A stretch of DNA of 47,276 bases, taken from an uncultured Rhodothermaceae bacterium (GTDB lineage Bacteria > Bacteroidota > Rhodothermia > Rhodothermales > DASSAV01). The notes beneath the pieces were generated by a model. That model saw nothing but the letters and a program-made list of their open reading frames with translations. It did not search any database and had not been told where the DNA came from. The DNA lies in contig CBDUBU010000003.1 of NCBI GenBank assembly GCA_965365465.1, positions 1 through 47,276 of the forward strand, read 5' to 3'. The stretch's first letter is position 1. Every line of letters begins with the position of its first letter. Positions 29,207 to 38,553 of this stretch are shown piece after piece. The translations under genes and the position numbers were made by a program.

Positions 29207-30377
29207 TTTACACACAGAGACGGCAGCCATCCGGACGCGTATGGAGCCATCGCCGCATCGCGAGCATTCGGGGGCTATTTACATGACCTCCAGCTTCACT
29301 TTTGAAAATGCCGAGCACGCCCGTGCGCTGTTCGCCAACGAAGTGGAAGGAAGTATTTATTCGCGGTACAGCAACCCGAATGTAGACGAGTTTGTGGAAA
29401 AGATGTGCCAACTGGAGCAGGCGGAAGACGGCGTAGCGGTCGCCTCCGGGATGTCTTCCATCTTCAGCACCTTTGCAGCGCTTCTGGATGCAGGAGACGA
29501 GGTATTTGCTGCGCGTTCCATTTTCGGGTCAACGCATCAACTGCTGGCGCAGGTTCTGCCGAGGTGGGGCATCACGCATACCTATGGCGACTTAACTGCT
29601 CCTGAAACGTGGGAGCAGCTTATTCAGCCTCATACCCGGCTGTGTTATGTAGAGACCCCGTCAAATCCTACCCTGGACATCGTTGACCTGGAATGGCTCA
29701 GCAATCTCTGCAAGCGAAATGATGTAATACTGGTTGTTGACAACGTGTTTGCAACTCCGGTTATCCAACGTCCCATTGAATACGGAGTTGATCTGGTTCT
29801 GCATTCCGCGACCAAGTATATCGACGGGCAGGGCCGAGGAATCGGTGGAATTGTGATGGGAAAGCGGGAGCAGATAGAGAAAATCAGGTTCTTTACGCGA
29901 CATACAGGTCCGAGCCTGTCGCCATTTAATGCATGGATGTTCAGCAAAAGCCTCGAGACGTTGTCAATACGTGTGGAGCGACACTCCAGAAGCGCACAAG
30001 CGCTAGCGGTTTTCCTGGAAGGCCATCCTGAAGTGCAAGAGGTTCGGTACCCTCATCTCGAATCGCACCCTCAATATGCACTGGCGCGTCGGCAGATGAA
30101 GATGGGCGGCGGCATTGTAACCTTCACCTTGAAGGGTGGGCTTGAGGCCGGTCAGCGGTTTCTCGATGCGTTGAAGATGTGCTCATTAACAGCAAACCTC
30201 GGTGATTCGCGCACCATCGCCACACATCCGGCAAGCACGACTCATAGCAAGTTGACGGAAGCGGAACGTCTGGCTGTCGGTATTACGCCGGGGCTTGTAC
30301 GAATTTCCGTAGGTCTCGAGAATCAGGAGGACATCATTGCCGATGTTGCACAGGCCCTCGATCAAAGTATTTCCTGA
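29190..30377 (+). CDS. metZ: O-succinyl/acetyl-homoserine sulfhydrylase (MetZ-like)
   Basis: YSRYSNP, ETPSNP, VDN, HSATKYIDGQGR, NLGDSRT; ATG 29190 overlaps the osmC end. Confidence 0.85.
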   Translation: MRSRTDLHTETAAIRTRMEPSPHREHSGAIYMTSSFTFENAEHARALFANEVEGSIYSRYSNPNVDEFVEKMCQLEQAEDGVAVASGMSSIFSTFAALLDAGDEVFAARSIFGSTHQLLAQVLPRWGITHTYGDLTAPETWEQLIQPHTRLCYVETPSNPTLDIVDLEWLSNLCKRNDVILVVDNVFATPVIQRPIEYGVDLVLHSATKYIDGQGRGIGGIVMGKREQIEKIRFFTRHTGPSLSPFNAWMFSKSLETLSIRVERHSRSAQALAVFLEGHPEVQEVRYPHLESHPQYALARRQMKMGGGIVTFTLKGGLEAGQRFLDALKMCSLTANLGDSRTIATHPASTTHSKLTEAERLAVGITPGLVRISVGLENQEDIIADVAQALDQSIS

Positions 30378-30404
30378 CGTAAGTTGCGGGAAACTCGTTG
30401 CATC

Positions 30405-31262
30405 TCATAATCCTTCTGCGGCCAGCATAGCAGCTACACTACTGTAGAAGTCATTGGATTTGAACGTTCCTCCGGGCGCAAGTTGAATCCCGACCTGACG
30501 CGCGTGATCGGCTTCGATGGTGCCCTTAAATTCACCCCATTTAGCGCTTTCGACAGAAACGAAGCCATCGTTGATGCCTTCGATCTTGTGGATTATGGAG
30601 TTGAATAGGAGCAAAAACGGGTTGATGGGGGCCTCGGCGCCTTTCCCTGCCGCTCCTGCAAAGGACCAATATTGGACAGAAGGATGATCCGGTATAGCAG
30701 GATTGAACCGCTCGCATACGTACTCCTCCGTTAGTTCTGCAACGGTAGTGAGAAAGTCGGAGGGAGCTTCTTTCTGAACAGTGGTTCCCATCCAGTTGCA
30801 GAGGTCAGTAACCCAGGACTGCAGCCGCTCCGGTTGTTCACGCAGCAGCGCAGCGATAGGGGAGCCGTGATGTGGGGTAGAAATGGTAACCAGTGAGGCA
30901 ATATGCGGGTGCATCTCCAACTCGGAAATCAAATAGCGGGCATCGAGGCCCCCCATAGAGTGGGCAATCAGGTTCACACGCTCGGCGCCGGTTTCGTCGA
31001 GAATGCGTTCCAGGCGATCCTTCCACATGGCTGCACGAATGGGCACTGTATTGTAAGCTACAACGTTCGGCGCATAAGCCCGGACTCCGTGAAGGCGCAG
31101 GTTCATCGCTTCTTCGTGGAGGTGGCCTTTCCGGCGAAAAGCCGCCAGGATGCCGAAGCCATGCATGAGAACTACCGGGTGTTGGACTGGAATGACCGGC
31201 GGCTGAGGAAAAGGCTCCAGTGAGGTGAGCAGATTTATGGCTGCATCTGCAATTCTGGGCAT
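30405..31262 (-). CDS. Lipase/esterase, alpha/beta hydrolase
   Basis: VLMHG, AHSMGG nucleophile elbow, STPHHGS, NDGFVS, ADH. Confidence 0.9.
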   Translation of the reverse strand: MPRIADAAINLLTSLEPFPQPPVIPVQHPVVLMHGFGILAAFRRKGHLHEEAMNLRLHGVRAYAPNVVAYNTVPIRAAMWKDRLERILDETGAERVNLIAHSMGGLDARYLISELEMHPHIASLVTISTPHHGSPIAALLREQPERLQSWVTDLCNWMGTTVQKEAPSDFLTTVAELTEEYVCERFNPAIPDHPSVQYWSFAGAAGKGAEAPINPFLLLFNSIIHKIEGINDGFVSVESAKWGEFKGTIEADHARQVGIQLAPGGTFKSNDFYSSVAAMLAAEGL

Positions 31263-31363
31263 AGGTGAGAATATAGCTTTGTAGCGCTAATTGTTTTTAC
31301 GCAACGTTTTGCCAGAGCCGGGAACTTGACTCAGCGGAGACCGGAAGCAAATTCCGCGCTCTG

Positions 31364-32467
31364 TTACTCGCCGGAGGGTTGTGTTGCAGGGGCTGTATAA
31401 CTTCCGTTAACAATGTCACGCCATGAGTAATAATGCAATGTTTGATCGTGTGAGACAGTGACAAGGAGACCCTCCGGAAACATGGCGCCTGCCCTGGCGC
31501 TGGTAACATCCATTCCAACAGTCCGATAGGAAGCCAGACGAGCCATGAGGATTTCTCCTCTTCGCTCTGATTCTGCCTGTCTGGACCGAGGATAGAGATA
31601 TATTGAAGTAGTATCCTGCCGATCCGACATGACCAGATAGCCATCGCGCTCATTCCGCCGGAAAACTGAAACCACATCAAGAGTATTTGAGCGCTCGTTT
31701 CTTCCGAAGACCCCGAGTTCCATCTCCGAATCGCGGAGATCCGGATCCGCAAGATACTGCCGAACGCCGTACGATACATCAATGTAATAGGCAATGCCGA
31801 GGTTATCGTCTACGGTAACCGATGAGATCGCAGTCCTGCCGCTCCACCGTCCAAACATGCGGATTCTGACCGACTGCAAACGATCCACTTCTTCTCCTGA
31901 AAGCAGATATTGCCAGAGAAAACCGTTTGCGGGACCTGTAACGCGGTTTACGATGGCAAAGATCGAGCCATCCGAGTGACGCCGATACAGGGCTACTCCT
32001 GTGGGCGAGCGCGCCCAATGCCCCTCAAAAACAGGAAATCCTCCTCTGTCAAGGGGCGTCAAACTCGGGAGGCTGAATATGCGCAGCCGGTTTGTCAATT
32101 GTTCGACGACTACAGCAATGTCTACGGCTGTTCCGTTCAGATCAAGTCCATACTCCACGTCAACATCAGAGGGGCCGGAGAGATTTCCGACTTCGTTAAC
32201 GAGGCGTCCATTCAGATCAAAAGCCAGCAGCGCTCCTTGCGTCTCGCGGCTGGTGGCAAGCACAAGGCTTTCATCCTCATTTTGCGGATTGATCCATATT
32301 GCGGGACCGCCTAATTGAGAGGTAAGTACACTGGTGTTTATTCGGGGACTGACAAGCTCACCGTCCGAACGATTCTCCGTCAGGTTTGGGCGGCACGCTG
32401 AAAAAGCTAACGTGCTCGTCAGAAACACGATGACAAGTAAGCAACACCTTTTTTGCTCCAAGGCCAT
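31364..32467 (-). CDS. Beta-propeller phytase-like lipoprotein, probably catalytically degenerate
   Basis: Lipobox FSAC; scaffold motifs PAIW.NP, FDL.G, VD..YG, DIAV, LRIFSLP, LWQY.L, FG..SG, Y.ADP, FP.GL, HYY.W.DI. Confidence 0.85.
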   Translation of the reverse strand: MALEQKRCCLLVIVFLTSTLAFSACRPNLTENRSDGELVSPRINTSVLTSQLGGPAIWINPQNEDESLVLATSRETQGALLAFDLNGRLVNEVGNLSGPSDVDVEYGLDLNGTAVDIAVVVEQLTNRLRIFSLPSLTPLDRGGFPVFEGHWARSPTGVALYRRHSDGSIFAIVNRVTGPANGFLWQYLLSGEEVDRLQSVRIRMFGRWSGRTAISSVTVDDNLGIAYYIDVSYGVRQYLADPDLRDSEMELGVFGRNERSNTLDVVSVFRRNERDGYLVMSDRQDTTSIYLYPRSRQAESERRGEILMARLASYRTVGMDVTSARAGAMFPEGLLVTVSHDQTLHYYSWRDIVNGSYTAPATQPSGE

Positions 32468-32619
32468 AGCCCAAAGCCTGATAGCAGACAGATAGAGATT
32501 CCGGGCCTCAGTAGACCCGGTTGAACCAGATTCATTCCTCCGGACTCAAAGAACGACAGGAGAGAGCGCACGTTTCACTGAACACCAGGGTTGTTGCAAG
32601 GTATGGCACAGGGCGTCCG

Positions 32620-33297
32620 TTAAATGAACAGCGTAACAGGCAAACCGGCGATGAAACGTTCAAGGAGAAAAATTACTGTTGCTGCTACAAAAGGTACGCG
32701 AACATTATCGTTAAAAGGGCGGGGCGGAATCTCAGCAATCCCTGCACACAAGACGCTAACAGCTCCTATCCAGAAGGCGGTTGCGGGAACAGCGGCCATT
32801 ACAACAAAGCCTGTTGTAATGAAAGCAAGAGATCCTTCGACCGTACGCGGGCCGGTTCCCCAGTGCGTGCGCCCGAACCGACGGCCCACCAGCGCAGCGG
32901 CAGCGTCACTTACCATAAACATACCGAATGCCACTGCCGCAATGCGAACCGGAAAGACAAAAGTGAGCAAAGAGGCTGTGACGAATACCCAGGTTGCGCC
33001 ATTGATAGAGATCGGGCCGCCGACCGGGGGGAGTTCATCTGCGCGCATCATAAAGCCGAAGATCCGATTTATGAATGATGCAAACGCTGTAGACCTTGAC
33101 CGTAAAATGTCTGCTGTGAGTGCGGCAAAAGCCAGAGGCATCAGAAAGACGAGCGAAGCAGTCTTGCCAAGAAGGCCCATGCTGACAGGAACAACCAGCG
33201 CTACAAGGTGGAGCGCTTTCCTTTGAAGCTCTGCGCGGTAAGGGATGTTATGCTCCTCTTCGGCAACCCTTATGTCTTTGGGCAATTGGTCAGGCAT
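32620..33297 (-). CDS. CTP-dependent polyprenol/diacylglycerol kinase family (SEC59/DGK1/VTE5) membrane protein
   Basis: RKALHL, SDAAAALVGRRFG, RTVEGSLAF, NDNVRVP. Confidence 0.88.
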   Translation of the reverse strand: MPDQLPKDIRVAEEEHNIPYRAELQRKALHLVALVVPVSMGLLGKTASLVFLMPLAFAALTADILRSRSTAFASFINRIFGFMMRADELPPVGGPISINGATWVFVTASLLTFVFPVRIAAVAFGMFMVSDAAAALVGRRFGRTHWGTGPRTVEGSLAFITTGFVVMAAVPATAFWIGAVSVLCAGIAEIPPRPFNDNVRVPFVAATVIFLLERFIAGLPVTLFI

Positions 33298-33557
33298 ACG
33301 TTTCCCCAAAGCGTAAACAATAAAAACGAAGGAATTACTGTCACACTGTCAAAGGTCCTCCGGGGCAAATCGTTGCGGTGAACGGAAAGGCGGGGCAAAA
33401 GTTCGTTCAATGCGTCGATCTGGTTCGCTATGAATGCCTGTGCTTGCGCGGCAGCGTAACAACAAAACCCTTCTACCAGCGTTCGCCCTTATTGACAGGC
33501 TGACTCCGGCGATTGTTCAGTACGGAAGAGGCAAAGCCTTCTTCTCCAGCTACGTGT

Positions 33558-34499
33558 ATGATTGTAACCATTGGCGCTATCACTTTTGGCACTGCAGTCT
33601 GGCTCTGGATCTTGCGCCGTTATGACCGAATTGAGCCTGAGGACCTGCGTTACCTTATTCTTGTGGCGGTAGTTGGAGGGGTGGCAAGTGTATTCGTAGC
33701 GTCTCTGGTGAACGAAGGCATCCGAATTCTCACAGGCATTCACGCAGATGTATTCGAGAATTCGTCTGCCGTGTCAGCGATACAGCTTTTGGTGTTTTGT
33801 CTTCTGGTGGGTTTCAATGAGGAGATTTGCAAGGCGGTAGCTGCGGTTTACACCACACGGCGTCTGGGAAACCTGAACGAACCCATCGATGCCATGATTT
33901 ATGCCATGACGGTCGGGCTTGGTTTTGCAGCAGTCGAGAACGTCCTTTATGCTGCCAGGTTTGGAAACGAGGTTTTGCTGGTCCGATTCCTGTGGCCCGT
34001 GCCTGCGCATATGGCTTATGCGGCGCTCTGGGGATATGGACTCGCCAAAGCGCGATTTGTGTACCCCGGAATAAACAGGGCGTGGGTGATGGCTCCCTCC
34101 GTTATTCTGGCTGGGTCTGTACACGCAGTCGCAAACTTCCTGCTTTTTCTGCAGCAGTCTATTACGGCGCTGGTCAGTCTGGGAGCGCTGGGGGGCCTAG
34201 CCTACCTTGCTCACGTGAGACTCAATCAGTTGGTAGCGGAATCGCCTTTTCTGGAGCCGGGAGAGTGCCCTGTATGCAGGAACATGAATGCTCCCAGTTC
34301 GCTGGAATGCGTTTACTGTGGAGAGCCGTTGCAGAACACCGAGATCTTTGTCAACTGTCCCTGCGGCAAAGCCCGTGTTCTGAATCATGCGAGACAATGC
34401 CCATCCTGTAACCTTGTCTTTGAAAACAAGGATCTTCAAGCTTTATCCCGGTCAAAGCCCTCTGCCGATTCGGGACGCGAAAGCGTAACAAGATTGTAA
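33558..34499 (+). CDS. PrsW-family intramembrane glutamic protease with C-terminal double zinc ribbon
   Basis: YDRIEPE, NEEICK, GLGFAAVEN, PAH, HAVAN; tail CPVC..CVYC..CPC..CPSC. Confidence 0.9.
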   Translation: MIVTIGAITFGTAVWLWILRRYDRIEPEDLRYLILVAVVGGVASVFVASLVNEGIRILTGIHADVFENSSAVSAIQLLVFCLLVGFNEEICKAVAAVYTTRRLGNLNEPIDAMIYAMTVGLGFAAVENVLYAARFGNEVLLVRFLWPVPAHMAYAALWGYGLAKARFVYPGINRAWVMAPSVILAGSVHAVANFLLFLQQSITALVSLGALGGLAYLAHVRLNQLVAESPFLEPGECPVCRNMNAPSSLECVYCGEPLQNTEIFVNCPCGKARVLNHARQCPSCNLVFENKDLQALSRSKPSADSGRESVTRL

Positions 34500-34574
34500 G
34501 CAGCTCGACGTTTCGGAACGGTCATACGCAGGCACTCTTTAAAAGCTTATGGACAGAAAAACACCAGAGGCGTT

Positions 34575-35462
34575 ATGGTAAGTATCAGGACTCAGTTACT
34601 TGGGTATTGTATGGTTATCCTGCTAAGCATGGGGTGCGGCGGCGGCGAGGACAATTACTCAGATACAATGGCGGAACAGCACCGGAATGATACACCGGAA
34701 GCAACGGCAATCGTAATGGAGCCTCGGATTCCCGTTCGGGCGCAGTCTGTGATCTACGGCCAGGGAGAAGGGCAAGACATGATAGGCTATATGGCAGTCC
34801 CAGTGCGTCCTGATTCTGTGGCTGAAGCTCACGGGTTAGCTCCGGGCGACACCTCGTTGCCAGCCGTGCTGGTTATTCATGAATGGTGGGGCCTGAACGA
34901 GAACATCAAGGCCATGACGCGCAGGCTGGCAGGAGAGGGGTATCGTGCTCTGGCGGTGGATCTGTACAAAGGCCAGGTTGCCGAGACGCCTGATGAAGCA
35001 CGTGGTATAATGGACATCGCTTTGCAGGATCAAGGCCGGCTGGTGGAAAACTTGCAGTCTGCTTACCGCTTTGTCGAAGACACCTATGGGAGCAAGAATG
35101 TCGGGGTTATCGGCTGGTGTTTCGGTGGGGCGATGGCGTTAAATGCCGGACTTACGCTGCCAGACGAACTGGATGCGATGGTGATATACTATGGTCGGGT
35201 CGGGGATGCTTCCCGCGACCAGCTCAGCCAATTGGATATGCCTGTGCTCAGCTTTTTCGGAGGAAAGGATGAAAGCATACCTCTCGAAGATGTCCGCAAC
35301 TTTGAGACAACTTTAAATGAACTGGGCAAGGAAGTGCAGGTTTTCGTCTATGAGGATGCCGGACACGCGTTTGCCAATCCCTCCGGGCAGAACTACGTGC
35401 CGGATGCCGCGACGGATGCCTGGAGTAAGACGGTCAACTTTCTGGAGCAGCATCTTTATTGA
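34575..35462 (+). CDS. Dienelactone hydrolase family lipoprotein
   Basis: Lipobox SMGC; IHEWWGLN, GWCFGG, D, GHAFANP. Confidence 0.92.
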   Translation: MVSIRTQLLGYCMVILLSMGCGGGEDNYSDTMAEQHRNDTPEATAIVMEPRIPVRAQSVIYGQGEGQDMIGYMAVPVRPDSVAEAHGLAPGDTSLPAVLVIHEWWGLNENIKAMTRRLAGEGYRALAVDLYKGQVAETPDEARGIMDIALQDQGRLVENLQSAYRFVEDTYGSKNVGVIGWCFGGAMALNAGLTLPDELDAMVIYYGRVGDASRDQLSQLDMPVLSFFGGKDESIPLEDVRNFETTLNELGKEVQVFVYEDAGHAFANPSGQNYVPDAATDAWSKTVNFLEQHLY

Positions 35463-35540
35463 AATCCGGAAAGCCAGGGAGTCCTTCCCTGTAAGGCAAA
35501 AGGCTGATAAAGATTTTCGCTATAGTTTTTGAGGTTTTCG

Positions 35541-35578
35541 GCGGGATCATCAAGTATTTTGGTGATCCCGCTTTTTTT
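35541..35578 (+). terminator. Intrinsic terminator
   Basis: GCGGGATCATCAA-gtatt-TTGGTGATCCCGC followed by T7. Confidence 0.85.
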
Positions 35579-35628
35579 ATGCTGTTCCCCGACAACAAGC
35601 TTTTACGTAAGAAGGTAAGAAGCTCGTT

Positions 35629-35657
35629 CTCAGGAAAAGGGTAGTTCTTTTCCTGAG
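35629..35657. promoter_or_regulatory. 11-7-11 perfect inverted repeat upstream of hemE
   Basis: CTCAGGAAAAG-ggtagtt-CTTTTCCTGAG; TATTAT at 35667-35672. Confidence 0.5.
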
Positions 35658-35708
35658 CAGGCGCTCTATTATAGGTCTCCTGATTGTTTTTCAACTTGAT
35701 TTTCCGTG

Positions 35709-36770
35709 ATGTCTGATTACGCCCCCTTAAAAAACGACTTGCTTCTGCGTGCTGCGCGGAGACAATATACTGAACGAACGCCGGTCTGGATTATGCGACA
35801 GGCCGGACGCTATCTGCCGGAATACAGGGCGCTCCGCTCGGAGGAGGAGTTTTTTACCCTGTGCCGAACCCCTGAACTTGCGGCTGAGGTAACGCTTCAA
35901 CCTGTCGACAGATTTCCCCTGGATGCCGCGATCATCTTCTCGGACATTCTTGTCGTTCCACAAGCGATGGGGTTGGAGGTGCGGATGGTAAAAGGCAAGG
36001 GACCTCACTTTCCGGAGCCGCTTCGTGGACCGGACGATCTGGGGCGGCTCCTGCAGCCGAATGTCCCGGAAGCACTCGACTACGTAATGGAAGCTATCAA
36101 GCGGGTGTATAAGGAACTTCAGGGACGCATACCGCTGATTGGTTTCTGCGGAGCGCCATGGACCTTGATGGCTTATATGATTGAGGGTGGCGGGAGTAAG
36201 ACTTTCTCCAGGTCCAGGGCATGGCTGTTTTGCTACCCGGATGAAAGCCGCCGCCTGCTGCAGCAGATCACGGAGGTGCTCGTCGACTTCCTGGTAGCGC
36301 AGATCCATGCCGGAGCACAAGCTGTTCAGGTTTTCGATAGCTGGGCCGGCTTTCTAAGCCCTGCGACCTTCGAGGCATTTGCGCTGCCGTACCTGCGCCA
36401 GATTGCCGCCCGCGTAGGGGAAGTTTGCCCGGATGTCCCTCGCATTGTGTTTGCAAAAGGCGCTCATTATGCCTTGCCGGCTCTGGTTGAAGCCGGCTTT
36501 GATGTCGTGGGGTTAGATTGGACTATTGATCCCGGTGCAGCAAGAACAATGGTTAATGGAGGCGCAGCCTTGCAAGGAAATATGGACCCTTCGGTTCTTT
36601 ACGCAAAGCCGGATGTTATCAGAGCCGAAACACGGTCGATGCTGGAGGGATTTGGTCCTCATGCACATATTGCGAACCTGGGCCATGGTATGAATCCAGA
36701 CCATGATCCGGAGCGCGCTCTCGTATTTATAGAAGCGGTGCAGGAACTCTCGGCAAAATTACGCGAATGA
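35709..36770 (+). CDS. hemE: Uroporphyrinogen decarboxylase
   Basis: PVWIMRQAGRYLPEY, AAIIFSDIL, QVFDSW, LQGNMDP, NLGHG. Confidence 0.97.
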   Translation: MSDYAPLKNDLLLRAARRQYTERTPVWIMRQAGRYLPEYRALRSEEEFFTLCRTPELAAEVTLQPVDRFPLDAAIIFSDILVVPQAMGLEVRMVKGKGPHFPEPLRGPDDLGRLLQPNVPEALDYVMEAIKRVYKELQGRIPLIGFCGAPWTLMAYMIEGGGSKTFSRSRAWLFCYPDESRRLLQQITEVLVDFLVAQIHAGAQAVQVFDSWAGFLSPATFEAFALPYLRQIAARVGEVCPDVPRIVFAKGAHYALPALVEAGFDVVGLDWTIDPGAARTMVNGGAALQGNMDPSVLYAKPDVIRAETRSMLEGFGPHAHIANLGHGMNPDHDPERALVFIEAVQELSAKLRE

Positions 36771-36867
36771 TGTATCGCTTCATCTCGCAGGCCAGATGTA
36801 TACATAGCAGACCCTCAGTCAGGCAAGAGGCGCCGGCAATCAACTTTCAACTTGTACAGGACTAAAA

Positions 36868-38538
36868 TTGAGCGATCAGAAAATCATATTCTCCATGCTT
36901 GGGGTCGGCAAGATTCACAAGCCGAACAAACAAGTTCTCAGAGATATCAACCTTTCCTTTTTTTATGGAGCCAAGATCGGGGTTCTTGGTCTTAACGGAG
37001 CAGGAAAGAGCACGCTGCTGCGGATTATTGCGGGCCTTGACCGGGATTATCTCGGCCATATCGAGGTTCAGAAAGGAATTACGTTCGGGTATCTGCCTCA
37101 GGAACCCTTGCTCGACACGAAAAGCAAGGTTCGGGAGATCGTAGAAGAGGGCGCTCAGGAGGCGGTTGCGCTCCTGCGTGAATATGATGAAGTAAGCAGC
37201 GCCTTCGCAGACCCGGATGCCGATTACGAACTGCTCACGGAGAAGCAGGCGAAACTTCAGGAAAAGATCGATCATCTCGATGCATGGGATATCGACAGCA
37301 GAATCGAGATGGCGATGGATGCCCTCCGCTGTCCGCCCGGAGAAGCACAGATCGAAGTTTTGTCCGGTGGAGAACGCAGGCGTGTTGCGTTGTGTCGGCT
37401 CCTGCTTCAGAAGCCGGATGTGTTGTTGCTTGACGAGCCGACCAATCATCTGGATGCAGACTCCGTAGCATGGCTCGAACAGCACTTGCAGCAGTATCCC
37501 GGAACGGTCATCGCAGTTACGCATGACCGGTATTTCCTCGATAATGTAGCGGGGTGGATCCTGGAGTTGGATCGCGGCGCAGGCATCCCGTTCAAGGGTA
37601 ATTACACGTCCTGGCTTGAGCAAAAGCAGCGCAGGCTTGAAATCGAGGAAAAACAGGCATCCAAACGGCAGCAGTCGCTTGCGCGGGAGCTGGACTGGAT
37701 CAGAACCAGCCCGAAAGGGCGCCACGCGAAAAGCAAAGCCCGTATTGCTCAGTACGAGCAAATGCTGGCGGATACGCCTGAAAAGCGAGATGAAGAAATG
37801 GAGATTTACATTCCTCCCGGGCCACGGTTGGGGAGTGTAGTGGTGGGAGCAGAAAACGTGCGGAAAAGCTATGGAGATAGGCTGCTTTTCGAGGATCTCA
37901 ACTTTTCACTTCCTCCGGGGGGCATCATTGGAGTGATCGGACCTAACGGAGCCGGTAAGACTACGCTCTTCAAGCTCATAACCGGCCGCGAAACACCGGA
38001 TGCGGGCGCTATCCGGATAGGCGACACCGTTGTACTCGGGTACATCGACCAGAATCGCCCTCTAGATTCCGGCAAGACCATATGGGAAGAAATCTCTGGC
38101 GAATCCGAATATGTTATGCTTGGAAGCAGGCAGATAAACTCTCGCGCCTATGTCGGGAAGTTCAATTTCGGGGGCAGCGATCAGCAGAAGCGCGTAGGCG
38201 AGCTTTCAGGAGGAGAGCGCAACCGGGTTCATCTGGCAAAAATGCTCAAGGAAGGCGCAAACGTGCTTTTGCTCGATGAGCCTACGAACGACCTGGATGT
38301 TAACACGCTGCGCGCCCTGGAAGAGGCGCTTCTTTCATTTGCCGGGTGCGCTGTGGTCATCTCGCATGATCGCTGGTTTCTTGACAGGATTGCTACGCAC
38401 ATTCTGGCCTTCGAAGGAGATAGTCAGGTTGTCTGGTTTGACGGCAACTATGAGCAATATGCGGAATACCGCCGGAACGTACTCGGGTTAGATGATCAGC
38501 CTCACCGTATCAAGTACCGCAAACTTACACGCGTATAA
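36868..38538 (+). CDS. ettA: ABC-F translational throttle EttA
   Basis: LSFFYGAKIGVLGLNGAGKS, two ABC domains, WIRTSPKGRHAKSKAR linker, PHRIKYRKL end; TTG start. Confidence 0.95.
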   Translation: MSDQKIIFSMLGVGKIHKPNKQVLRDINLSFFYGAKIGVLGLNGAGKSTLLRIIAGLDRDYLGHIEVQKGITFGYLPQEPLLDTKSKVREIVEEGAQEAVALLREYDEVSSAFADPDADYELLTEKQAKLQEKIDHLDAWDIDSRIEMAMDALRCPPGEAQIEVLSGGERRRVALCRLLLQKPDVLLLDEPTNHLDADSVAWLEQHLQQYPGTVIAVTHDRYFLDNVAGWILELDRGAGIPFKGNYTSWLEQKQRRLEIEEKQASKRQQSLARELDWIRTSPKGRHAKSKARIAQYEQMLADTPEKRDEEMEIYIPPGPRLGSVVVGAENVRKSYGDRLLFEDLNFSLPPGGIIGVIGPNGAGKTTLFKLITGRETPDAGAIRIGDTVVLGYIDQNRPLDSGKTIWEEISGESEYVMLGSRQINSRAYVGKFNFGGSDQQKRVGELSGGERNRVHLAKMLKEGANVLLLDEPTNDLDVNTLRALEEALLSFAGCAVVISHDRWFLDRIATHILAFEGDSQVVWFDGNYEQYAEYRRNVLGLDDQPHRIKYRKLTRV

Positions 38539-38553
38539 AGCTCGGATGCAAGA

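Noticed and set aside
32521-33226. Two long + strand ORFs (185 and 200 aa)
   Set aside because: Antisense shadows of the hydrophobic kinase gene.
35434-35694. 86-aa minus-strand ORF in the gap before hemE
   Set aside because: Runs through a terminator and promoter region and overlaps the upstream gene; no family resemblance.
36862-37761. 299-aa ORF antisense to ettA, and similar ones at 42344-43120 and 43855-44640
   Set aside because: Fully antisense to well-supported conserved genes; no independent coding signal.
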